Shown here: one piece after another, positions 1-8,110 of the stretch | How positions within the stretch are numbered: position 1 is the stretch's first letter | Layout: every line of letters starts with the position of its first letter | IMG/VR virus record: IMGVR_UViG_3300029911_000010 | Coordinates: 40,428 to 104,427 of that record | Source of the DNA: a virus | Direction: 5' to 3' (one strand) | Length of the DNA: 64,000 nt | The notes under the pieces: generated by a model | Database searches by the model: none | The model's input: only the letters and a program-made list of their open reading frames with translations | What the model was told of the DNA's origin: nothing | Made by a program: the position numbers and the translations under genes

Positions 1-50
1 CTTTGGGTTGTTGGTTGGCGTAAACAGGCTGATCAAAGGTTTGTTTGTCA

Positions 51-248
51 CTAGATCACCAGATGAATCTTTGTTTGAGACAGATCGGCGGGAAGATCGC
101 ATTGCAAGTCGACGTGAAGGATCTGCCCGTCGTATTCCATGTCCTGAATTTTTACGTCGACGCCGTACAGCGTTTTAATCAAATGACAGCGCAGAATCAA
201 CCACAGGACAGCGTCGCCAACGGTAGCTTGAGGTTCTGATTCAAACAT
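51..248 (-). CDS. Small hypothetical protein
   Basis: 65-aa ORF on the dominant coding strand; no recognisable motif. Confidence 0.5.
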   Translation of the reverse strand: MFESEPQATVGDAVLWLILRCHLIKTLYGVDVKIQDMEYDGQILHVDLQCDLPADLSQTKIHLVI

Positions 249-328
249 AGCGATGAGTGTAACAAGACGGCGTCGCCAACGGTAGCTTGAGGTTCTGATT
301 CAAACATAGCGATGAGTGTAACAAGACG
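211..328. repeat. Perfect 59-bp tandem duplication
   Basis: 211-269 is identical to 270-328; it spans the start of ORF 51..248. Confidence 0.9.
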
Positions 329-356
329 GCGAGCCTGACCGAAGCCAGGCTCGCCG
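320..356 (-). terminator. Probable intrinsic terminator
   Basis: Minus-strand hairpin CGGCGAGCCUGGC-UUCG-GUCAGGCUCGCCG followed by UCUUGUU. Confidence 0.7.
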
Positions 357-431
357 GGTGCGTCCATGCACTATACAAGGCAGCGTCGTGCCGCCAGGCC
401 CTGGGCCGAAGCCCAAAGCTCTAAGCTTCCC

Positions 432-809
432 TTAAGCGGCCACTTGGACGTCGTCGCTGTCCGACGTGTCCCAGCAGGGGTTGGCCCCTGCCAGCGTGCC
501 GTTGTTGAGAGTCAGCATCTTACTGGCACCGCTGGTCAGGTCGACCATGATCGGTGTCGGTGTGCTGATGATGGTGATGTCTCCCCGATCGATCGCGTCG
601 GCGAATGCCTGGTGCTGCCGTCGAGCAGTCGAGCGGTCGGGACCCTGCCCGATGGCCTCAAGGATGTTGCCGAACACGCTGTACTGCTCGTTGTTGGCGA
701 GCTTGACGCCGTGCGGCGGAAGGAACCCGAAATTGCGTTCCTGGCCGCAGGTATTCTGTACCGTGCTGGTCAGGCAAGATTTGTCGAAATGTCCGGATCG
801 TTCACTCAT
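432..809 (-). CDS. Putative virion structural protein
   Basis: Start re-called at ATG 809 (AGGAG SD); beta-rich composition; near the capsid module. Confidence 0.55.
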   Translation of the reverse strand: MSERSGHFDKSCLTSTVQNTCGQERNFGFLPPHGVKLANNEQYSVFGNILEAIGQGPDRSTARRQHQAFADAIDRGDITIISTPTPIMVDLTSGASKMLTLNNGTLAGANPCWDTSDSDDVQVAA

Positions 810-895
810 TGTAATTCTCCTGATTTCAAAGTTCGCAGGCAACCACCGGCGGATAAATTTGAGCCCAAACTCCGCCGGCAGTCGCCATCGATTCG

Positions 896-1342
896 TTAAG
901 CCCGTGCAGCGGGCTGTTGATATTGCGTGGCTTGGGCTGCCTTGATCGTCAGGATCGAGTTGTAGAGCAGCGGGTTCTGCGCCAGACTGGCGGCAGCCTG
1001 CTTAACTGCAACGGCGTGCTCCTGGGTGGCGGCGGCCTTCGTCCGGCCATTCATGCCGTTGGCGCTCATGTAGCCGTCCAGCTCGGCGATCATCTTGCCG
1101 AACGGACTGGGATTGGCGGCAGCGGCTTGCTTCTGGTAGCGGGGGTCTTCTTCGATGGTTCGCAGGCGGGAAGCCAGGTCCAGGAGTTCCTGGGCCTGAA
1201 TCTGGTCAGCAGGGGCGATGCCGGCGCTGGCCAGCTTGCTGAAAAATACTTCAGCGCTGACGTTGGTGAAAAGAGTGTTGTAGGCCGTCTGGAAGTCGGG
1301 AAGGGCCGGGGTCGATGCTTGGGCTTGAGTTTGGGCAGACAC
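896..1342 (-). CDS. K-x-A-motif putative virion/head protein
   Basis: GTG start after GGAGG; KLAS, KQAA (x2), KAAA and KAAQ motifs. Confidence 0.6.
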   Translation of the reverse strand: MSAQTQAQASTPALPDFQTAYNTLFTNVSAEVFFSKLASAGIAPADQIQAQELLDLASRLRTIEEDPRYQKQAAAANPSPFGKMIAELDGYMSANGMNGRTKAAATQEHAVAVKQAAASLAQNPLLYNSILTIKAAQATQYQQPAARA

Positions 1343-1394
1343 GATAGTCCTCCGTGACAAGTTACAGGCCCGATCCTTTCAGGCCACTGCATGA

Positions 1395-1424
1395 ATATTA
1401 ACCGGCAGGGGGCAGGGGATGCAA
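1395..1424 (-). promoter_or_regulatory. Sigma70-like promoter
   Basis: TTGCAT-18-TAATAT upstream of 896..1342 and just downstream of a terminator. Confidence 0.5.
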
Positions 1425-1463
1425 GCGCCGATGGTTTACAAAGGTTGTTTTGCGATAGCTAAA

Positions 1464-1489
1464 GAAAAGCCGCCGGGTGGCGGCTTTTC
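1464..1489. terminator. Bidirectional intrinsic terminator
   Basis: GAAAAGCCGCC-GGGT-GGCGGCTTTTC. Confidence 0.75.
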
Positions 1490-1572
1490 GATGATGATCA
1501 CTTGTCAGGTGACGAATCTGTCGGATGGGATGAATCTGTCGGACGGGTGGCAGAGTCGACGACAACAAAAGG

Positions 1573-2190
1573 TCAGTCGTTTTCGACTTTCGTATCATCC
1601 AGCACGTCGCTTCCACATACCGGACATATATCGTCTTCAGCGCCAAGCGTGAAATCGCAAGACGTGCAAACCCTGCCGCCGTGCGATTTTGCCGCCGTAC
1701 GATTGAGTTCAGTGTCGGCAATGTATCTCTCGCGTGATCGTCTGTGCATCTCGTCGTAGCAGCTGCACGGTTCCAGCGCTGCGTACCTGTTTGCCGCGAT
1801 ACAGCCGGGACATCGGTAATAATGCAACGGCTCTGCACCGTAGGAGGATACACGTTGCAGTATCGATAAAATGCGCAACTGCGGAGTATCGACGCTGGTG
1901 ATCACGCTATTGAAGTAAGCTGATTTCACCAATCCTTCAATTTTCATCACTTCGTTGATCATCATCAGATAGAAAGCGACGCAGCATTCAGGCACGTTTG
2001 AATGCAAACCGCACGTCGCGTCGTGTACCGTCTTGGGATCGTTGGTTGATAGTCCGAGACGACGTACCAGATCGACGCCTTCGGGGGATGACTTGAAATC
2101 GAATTTATATTTCTTCACGGGAAACTCCAGGTTAGTAGTCTTTGTGGTCGCAAAGCCAGTCGACAACATGAGACGCGTGCAGACACTCAC
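1573..2190 (-). CDS. Cys-rich hypothetical protein (zinc-ribbon-like C-terminus); start uncertain
   Basis: CPGC, CSC, CTSC...CPVC motifs. Confidence 0.55.
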   Translation of the reverse strand: MSVCTRLMLSTGFATTKTTNLEFPVKKYKFDFKSSPEGVDLVRRLGLSTNDPKTVHDATCGLHSNVPECCVAFYLMMINEVMKIEGLVKSAYFNSVITSVDTPQLRILSILQRVSSYGAEPLHYYRCPGCIAANRYAALEPCSCYDEMHRRSRERYIADTELNRTAAKSHGGRVCTSCDFTLGAEDDICPVCGSDVLDDTKVEND

Positions 2191-2386
2191 AATCTACTAC
2201 TTCGCCACTGGTTCCGGAATAGATTGTGACATCACACATTTGGGTCTCGTAGTTTAATCTGACCGTGAACAAACACGGATGCTCACGCGGTGTGACAAAT
2301 GTTCCAGCCATGTCGCAAGCTACGTGTGAAAGCAAATCAAAATTAGGTTCTTGCATGATGCCTTTGGGTTGAATGACAGGGGTCAA
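2132..2386 (-). CDS. Hypothetical protein
   Basis: ATGA-coupled to the upstream ORF. Confidence 0.5.
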   Translation of the reverse strand: MTPVIQPKGIMQEPNFDLLSHVACDMAGTFVTPREHPCLFTVRLNYETQMCDVTIYSGTSGEVVDCECLHASHVVDWLCDHKDY

Positions 2387-2610
2387 TTGTTATCGTTTTC
2401 TGGTTCTGGTCCCCATTCCTCGGTGTCGGGGCCGATCAGTTCCAGGTTGGGGAGAGCGTCGAGGTTTTCCATCCGCTTGCCGGTTACCTCGCGGATGGCA
2501 TTGCGAAGTTTGCGGGCCAGCTGCCGGTAATGCTTGTAAGGCGGCTGCGACTCCAAGGATTTGATCAGCTCTTTCACAACCGGGCCGGGAATCTTGGCAT
2601 AGCTCTTCAT
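2383..2610 (-). CDS. Hypothetical protein
   Basis: AAGGAG SD; 75-aa helical protein. Confidence 0.6.
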   Translation of the reverse strand: MKSYAKIPGPVVKELIKSLESQPPYKHYRQLARKLRNAIREVTGKRMENLDALPNLELIGPDTEEWGPEPENDNN

Positions 2611-3194
2611 GAGGCTCCTTATTTTTTACGGCGCTCATTCATCCACTGATCCATCGTCTTACCGTCGAACACGTCTCGCTCGACTTCGTCCATGCTGTTC
2701 AAGATGAACATCCGTACGAGCAGCAGGACACAGAACAAAATAACAAGGCCAACGACCATCGTGCCGATAACTTCCATGTAGACTCCTGGTTAGCGGGTAA
2801 GAAAAATCCGCAGTCGACGCGATGGGATGAAAGTCTATACGACCAACCGCTGCGGAGCCGGCCGGAGTACGTGCAAGCTCTCTACGGAAGCTCGCAGTCC
2901 CGTCTAAACACAGCATTGGGGACCTGCCGCGTCATCGCTCACGTCAATCACGATTACGTTTCAATCATACGTCGCGGGGGCTTAGTTTCGTCAGATGCTT
3001 TTTGCAAAGCCACGATCGCATTCAAAGCAGCCGCCAACACGGACACGGATCGATAGGGGATTGTAACGCGGACAATTTCTGTGCCGCCAAGCAAGGGATC
3101 GGTTGTGATCACCAGCTGCGTTGCCGCTTCATTATCTTCAACACCTATGAATGGTTCCAGTGAAAGTCAACTCAGGTAAGGATGCGACGTTGAC

Positions 3195-3413
3195 TCAGTC
3201 GGCCAGCTTCAAGTTCAAATCGGCCAGCACGCGTTCGATTTCACGCAAGCTGACCCGACCGAAATTCTTGTAAGCCAGAAGGTCATCAGGCGTCTTTGCG
3301 ATAAGCTCTCTGATGGTGTTGACGTTGGCCTTGAACAAACATCTGCGGGCTCGATGTGATGACAAGTGCAACAGTTCGACGCTGCGATCGAGAACATTGA
3401 TTTCTTCTGACAT
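3195..3413 (-). CDS. Stand-alone RNA polymerase alpha-subunit C-terminal-domain-like protein
   Basis: LDRSVELLHLSSHRARRCL..ANVNTIRELI....DLL..KNFGRVSLREI matches the alpha-CTD pattern L.LS.R..NCL....I..I.EL.......LL...NFG.KSL.EI. Confidence 0.85.
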   Translation of the reverse strand: MSEEINVLDRSVELLHLSSHRARRCLFKANVNTIRELIAKTPDDLLAYKNFGRVSLREIERVLADLNLKLAD

Positions 3414-3501
3414 GGAAACTCCGGGTTAGAGGTCACTGGGTAGGGGAATGCCCGCGTGGGCTAAACTCTCTCATTTCTTTTGACGCATTTCAAGTTGAAA
3501 T

Positions 3502-4533
3502 TTACGTCGCAACCGCCTGAGCCGTAACATGCGGGCATTGGCCGTAGATATGCTTGGCTTTGTTACAGTTAGAACACAACAGTTGCCAATTGTCCTTCGG
3601 AAATCCGGCAGCTTTAAGCCGGCGGTAAAGCCTTAATCCGCCGCTGCCGTGTGCTCGACGATCATCAGCCCCCTTACCGTCGATGTGATCAATTTCTAGA
3701 AACTGCGGCAATGTTTCCGGACAACCAGGACACGAACATTTACTACCGTAGGCTTCGATGATTTCGGCGCGGAGTCGATCATGCTTGCGATTAGATTTTT
3801 TCCGACTCATTATCAAATGCCGCTCACACATTGTCTTGTCTTCGACTGCAAGTTGATCACAGTGCTGGGCAACACAAATCCCTTTGTCTTTCCGATTAGC
3901 GTAATCGTTCTTGTCTTCTTCTCGACAGTCGTCGCAATACCTATTGACTCCGTTGGTCGGTTTATCGCATTGCGTGCATTTGCCAGCCTGCTGTCGCTCC
4001 GCTGTTTTCTGCCGCCTTACTTCTCGGCACTGATCACATCGGACAGTCCCCGGTTCAACATAAGCCGGGCAGCTTTGACACAGACCGGCACGAAGACGAG
4101 CGTTGTAACGCGGAATATCTTCGATTCGTTCCAGCTGCAAAGCGTAACAGTACCGACAACGATCCTGCTCGGCATCAATGTAAAACGCGCCGCATTCGAT
4201 GCAAATCCCCTGAGCAAGCCGCTCAGCGGATTCGGTCTCTTTGATCGCTTGAGATTGCACGGCAAGTTCGGCAGCAGTCATAATCTGCCGGTTTCGTTGC
4301 TTTATAAGACACAGATCACAGTAAACTGAATCAACACCGGCCGGTTGTGTACAGCCAGTCGTCACGCATAAACCGGTCTGCTTGCGTCGAAGATATTTCT
4401 CGTGATCTTTTTGCTTAGCGACATCTGTGTGATACTGACATCTAGCTTTTCCCGGTAAAGCCGGTTGACTGCACGAACAACATAAACCCCGTTCACGCCG
4501 ACTTCGTTGTACATCTGCCGAATGAATCGCCAT
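3502..4533 (-). CDS. HNH endonuclease with N-terminal tandem Cys zinc-finger repeats (probable homing endonuclease)
   Basis: C-terminal EIDHIDG...QLLCSNCNKAKH; about six CxxC...CxxC/H repeats; lower GC than its neighbours. Confidence 0.8.
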   Translation of the reverse strand: MAIHSADVQRSRRERGLCCSCSQPALPGKARCQYHTDVAKQKDHEKYLRRKQTGLCVTTGCTQPAGVDSVYCDLCLIKQRNRQIMTAAELAVQSQAIKETESAERLAQGICIECGAFYIDAEQDRCRYCYALQLERIEDIPRYNARLRAGLCQSCPAYVEPGTVRCDQCREVRRQKTAERQQAGKCTQCDKPTNGVNRYCDDCREEDKNDYANRKDKGICVAQHCDQLAVEDKTMCERHLIMSRKKSNRKHDRLRAEIIEAYGSKCSCPGCPETLPQFLEIDHIDGKGADDRRAHGSGGLRLYRRLKAAGFPKDNWQLLCSNCNKAKHIYGQCPHVTAQAVAT

Positions 4534-4584
4534 GACGAACTCCTTAAAAACAGAGACCGTTCGAGAATTATCTCGAACGGTCTA

Positions 4585-4613
4585 AGTCTAGTCAGAGTTG
4601 TAAGCGAAGTCAA
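4585..4613 (-). promoter_or_regulatory. Sigma70-like promoter for the HNH gene
   Basis: TTGACT-17-TAGACT immediately after the capsid stop codon. Confidence 0.6.
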
Positions 4614-5552
4614 TCAGACAAAGTCCGCACGGGCCAGCCCTGACGTGAAGCCAATCGTGCCGCCCATGGTCTCATAGGCGAAAAATTCCAACATAAAGGC
4701 TTCGCGCCTAATGTACATAGTCGTGTCTTCAAGCACATAGGACTTGCCGATGAACTTGGGATCACTGAACATGTACATCGTGTTGGTCGGGACCAGACCC
4801 TTCTTGATCGTGATCACCCAGGTCTTGCCCATGAACTCCTGGAGCGTCCAGCCGTTCTTCATGATGTCCTGAGACAGGTCGCCACCCATCTCGTTGCGGC
4901 CGAACTTGCACACATCCTTGATCGTGATGTGGTTGATGAGGATCGTGTGGACCTCCAGCGAGCTGGGGGTGTTGGGCATGATCTTCATCGCATCTTCCAG
5001 CGTATCGCGGGTGATGCCACCGGCAATCACTTCGTACTGGACGACGCCGCTGGTCGGGACAACCAGGCCGGGGCCGACGATCGCGGTGTTGATGGCGCGG
5101 ATGAATTTAGAATCTTCCTCTGCCAACATGTCCTTGATCGCGTTATCACTGAGCACCTGGCGGATGTCCATGATCCAGGTCCGCAGCTCGTCCACGTCTT
5201 TGGTGAAACGGGGCGTGACGATACGGTCGAACATGACGCGGTAGCGGGGACCGCGAATGTACAGGTTCTGCGGCAAGGTCGCGAACGCGATGCTGATGGC
5301 AGCAGGCGAATTCGGTTCCTTGTCGACCACCTTGACCGGCTTGTCGGTGTCGACCTGGCGGTCCAGCTCATCGTTGCCGATGGGCGTGGCCGGCAGGATG
5401 CGGCGGTAAAAGCCGTCTTCACGCATCTTCGTACGCGTGAAGTCGTTGATGGAATCTTCGGCCTGTTTGATCAGGCCGTTATCACGAGAGCCAAGCTGCT
5501 GAAAAAGCGTTTGATTCAGCAGCTTAGTTTCTTCGGGGGAGAGCTGAACCAT
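4614..5552 (-). CDS. Major capsid protein (HK97 fold)
   Basis: 312 aa; DELRTWIMDIRQVLSDNAIKDMLAEED resembles the strand plus spine-helix pattern; strongly biased codons; order protease-scaffold-decoration-capsid. Confidence 0.8.
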   Translation of the reverse strand: MVQLSPEETKLLNQTLFQQLGSRDNGLIKQAEDSINDFTRTKMREDGFYRRILPATPIGNDELDRQVDTDKPVKVVDKEPNSPAAISIAFATLPQNLYIRGPRYRVMFDRIVTPRFTKDVDELRTWIMDIRQVLSDNAIKDMLAEEDSKFIRAINTAIVGPGLVVPTSGVVQYEVIAGGITRDTLEDAMKIMPNTPSSLEVHTILINHITIKDVCKFGRNEMGGDLSQDIMKNGWTLQEFMGKTWVITIKKGLVPTNTMYMFSDPKFIGKSYVLEDTTMYIRREAFMLEFFAYETMGGTIGFTSGLARADFV

Positions 5553-5557
5553 TTTTA

Positions 5558-5600
5558 GATCCTCCGTGATCAGTTAAAAGTCACCGCCATCCTTGGCGGC
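5558..5600 (-). promoter_or_regulatory. Two CsrA-type hairpins in the capsid leader
   Basis: GCCGCC-AAGGAU-GGCGGU (5583-5600) and GAUC-ACGGAG-GAUC over the SD (5558-5571). Confidence 0.7.
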
Positions 5601-5621
5601 ATGAAACACTCTGCCATCAGC

Positions 5622-6164
5622 TTAGGCGCTGGGGGGCAGATACACAGGCCAGAAGGCAACCGCCTCATAGCCATAACCGTTGTCGACCAATCCACGCGAC
5701 ACAACGCCGCAGATCGTGTTCGTGCCGAGCGTGCCCGGCGTGAGCATACCTGCCAGCACCGCACCGCTGTTGACCAGGGGGCTGGTCAGGTGGGTGTTGG
5801 GCGGGTAGGTCTGGGTGTCGTCGTAGTTGGTCGAAACCAACTCGTAGGCACCGACCGCGACCAGGAACATCAGCACGCCGGTCGGATTGATGGCAATGAA
5901 GACGTCCTTGGTGGTCGCAGCATCACCGCCGTCATTCTGCACGTCGGGGTCATCCGACGCCTGGAAATTGAACAGCGGCATGACCGGACTGTTACCCACG
6001 CCCAAGACCGCGTAGCCATTGGCATTCAGGGAGCAGCAAGCCCCCGGCGGCACACGAGTCTGGACGGACGGATCGAACTTGCCCTCGAAATCGAGAGCAT
6101 TGGGACGCGGCCAGCCCTTGAGGGGGTTGAGCGTCTGGGAAGTCATTTGACGAGGAGCAGCCAT
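5622..6164 (-). CDS. Capsid decoration/cement-like protein
   Basis: Start re-called at ATG 6164 (leader nearly identical to the capsid leader); beta-rich 180 aa immediately upstream of the capsid gene. Confidence 0.6.
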   Translation of the reverse strand: MAAPRQMTSQTLNPLKGWPRPNALDFEGKFDPSVQTRVPPGACCSLNANGYAVLGVGNSPVMPLFNFQASDDPDVQNDGGDAATTKDVFIAINPTGVLMFLVAVGAYELVSTNYDDTQTYPPNTHLTSPLVNSGAVLAGMLTPGTLGTNTICGVVSRGLVDNGYGYEAVAFWPVYLPPSA

Positions 6165-6169
6165 TTTAA

Positions 6170-6211
6170 GATCCTCCGTGATCAGTTGGAAACGAGCCAT
6201 CCATCCTTGGA
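6170..6211 (-). promoter_or_regulatory. Two CsrA-type hairpins in the decoration-gene leader
   Basis: UCC-AAGGAU-GGA (6200-6211) and GAUC-ACGGAG-GAUC (6170-6183). Confidence 0.65.
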
Positions 6212-6234
6212 GGCCCTAATTCGTTGGTGAAAAC

Positions 6235-6699
6235 TTATCCTTCTTTGTTGACGAGCCGTTCGAGACCAAGCCCGTTGAACAAACGACGATCGGAATCCAT
6301 CATGTTCGACGTGTGAGCGCCGACCACGACGGTGTTTGGAAGCTTTTCCAGCAACACCGAGCCGCCGTCAGATGCCTGCTTCTCGGCGGCACCCAGGCGA
6401 TCCTTGGGATGGGCGGATTTGAGCTGTGCCAGTTCGGCTTTGGCTTCCGCCAGCTTGGTAACGGCCGAACCGAGGATGGCCAGCGTTTCGTTGTGGCTGG
6501 CCAGCTTGGTGGTCATCGTGTCGGTTTGATTCTTGCCGAGAACGCCGGAATCGACCATCTGCTGGACGAGTCCGGGAATCCGCTCGGCGGCGGTCTTCTG
6601 TGCTCCGCGAATCTCCGTGACTTCGTCCACTGCACGCTTACCCAGCGCACTGGACACTTCTACGAAGCGGAGCATGTTGTTTGCGAGTTCGGGTTTCAT
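6235..6699 (-). CDS. Coiled-coil head assembly protein (K-x-A motifs)
   Basis: Start at ATG 6699 after GGAGG; KTAA, KLAS, KLAE, KSAH, KQAS. Confidence 0.6.
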   Translation of the reverse strand: MKPELANNMLRFVEVSSALGKRAVDEVTEIRGAQKTAAERIPGLVQQMVDSGVLGKNQTDTMTTKLASHNETLAILGSAVTKLAEAKAELAQLKSAHPKDRLGAAEKQASDGGSVLLEKLPNTVVVGAHTSNMMDSDRRLFNGLGLERLVNKEG

Positions 6700-6735
6700 T
6701 GTGACAGCCTCCATGCTGCTTGTTGGGTTGATTTC

Positions 6736-8064
6736 TTACCGGACAGCCGCTGCAGCGGCTTGCTTTTGACGGCTGCGGCCGATCACCTCAACGAGATAAG
6801 CTCGGGCCGCCTGCTTAACTTGTTCGCTGACACCGGCGTCAGCGGCTGCCACCTGCATGCCTGGAGGCGGGCCACCGGCTCCCGGAGGAGGGCCACCCAT
6901 GCCTGGAGGCGGGCCACCGGCTCCCGGAGGAGGGCCACCCATGCCCGGAGGGCCGCCAGCGCCTGGAGGCGGGCCACCGGCCCCCGGAGGGCCACCGGCA
7001 CCACCGCCGCCGGCCTGTTCTTCCTGGTAGGCCTGCATGAACTGCTCGGGCGTGATGCCCATCTGTTGCAGCATGGCCATGATTTGTTGAATATCGCCGC
7101 CACCGCCGCCAGAAGGGTCATCGCCGCCGGAGGGATCGCCGCCCGGAGGCGGGCCACCAGCGCCAGGGGGAGGGCCGCCCATGCCGGGAGGGGGAGCGCC
7201 GCCGCCTGCGGGATCTTCGTCACCGCCGGGAGGAGGAGCGCCGCCGCCGTCTTCGCCCTTGCCGTCGCCGCCGGCCTTCACCCGCTGCTGCACACGCTGC
7301 TGGCAGTAGTTAATGACGCGATCGGCATCGGATTCGGCTTCCTTGATGATTTCCACCAGGGTGTCCTGCACCATGCGGTCGGCGGCAGCCTTGTCCATCG
7401 TGCCGTCGATCAAGCCGGCCAGTTCCCAGCCTGCCTGGCGGCTGAGTTGAGGATTGACCGGTTGAGCCACCTGCTGGGCAGTCTGCTGGGGCTGGGCAGC
7501 TGCGCCTTCCTTGGTGACGTTGGTCTGCACTTCATTGGCGATCTGGGCACAGAGAAGCTCACCCAACGAAGAGATCTCGCCGGCCAGCTTCTGCAGCGGG
7601 TCATTGGCCAGATCGGTGGCGTACTTGCCGCCATTGAGTTCGCTGTTGTCGGTGCGGGCCGGATGGGTGGTGGGCTTCTTGTAGCCCTTGTCTTCCTTGG
7701 TGGTCTTGGTCTTGGGCACGTCCTCCCCGGTCGGCGTGGCTCGAAGCCCAATGTTGTACTGGTCGGCCTCGGCAGTCCCCGGCTCACCTACGCCACCGGA
7801 CTTGGCAGTGCCGGCTTCGGGTGTGGAGTCGACCGAGGGCTTGCCCTGGTCGGCCTTGACGTCCTTGGTGTTCTCGGCCGAGCGGAAGCCTTCTTTGGCT
7901 TTCTCGGTCCGGTCGTCGACCTTTTTCACGGGGTGAGTGGTTTCGCCGCCGATGCTTCCGGGTTCAGTGTGAGCCTCGGCAGTCTTGGCAATCGTTGAAG
8001 CGGCGCTGGATTCCACGCGAGCAAGATACGCTTCGATCGTGGAAAGCTGGTGTTGAGCAGACAT
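6736..8064 (-). CDS. Putative scaffold protein with Gly/Pro-rich tract
   Basis: Lies between protease and capsid genes; low complexity; many K-x-A motifs. Confidence 0.6.
   Translation of the reverse strand: MSAQHQLSTIEAYLARVESSAASTIAKTAEAHTEPGSIGGETTHPVKKVDDRTEKAKEGFRSAENTKDVKADQGKPSVDSTPEAGTAKSGGVGEPGTAEADQYNIGLRATPTGEDVPKTKTTKEDKGYKKPTTHPARTDNSELNGGKYATDLANDPLQKLAGEISSLGELLCAQIANEVQTNVTKEGAAAQPQQTAQQVAQPVNPQLSRQAGWELAGLIDGTMDKAAADRMVQDTLVEIIKEAESDADRVINYCQQRVQQRVKAGGDGKGEDGGGAPPPGGDEDPAGGGAPPPGMGGPPPGAGGPPPGGDPSGGDDPSGGGGGDIQQIMAMLQQMGITPEQFMQAYQEEQAGGGGAGGPPGAGGPPPGAGGPPGMGGPPPGAGGPPPGMGGPPPGAGGPPPGMQVAAADAGVSEQVKQAARAYLVEVIGRSRQKQAAAAAVR
6856..6939. repeat. 42-bp tandem repeat (GGPPPGAGGPPPGM), with degenerate copies to about 7240
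   Basis: 6856-6897 is identical to 6898-6939. Confidence 0.85.
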
Positions 8065-8110
8065 CCTTGTCTCCTAAAATTGCATCCTGCTGATCGGCCG
8101 AGGCTCGGCC

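Noticed and set aside
6313-7998. Long plus-strand ORFs (also 19930..21036, 35103..36449, 53567..54526 and others)
   Set aside because: Antisense shadows of GC-rich minus-strand genes, without SD or recognisable motifs
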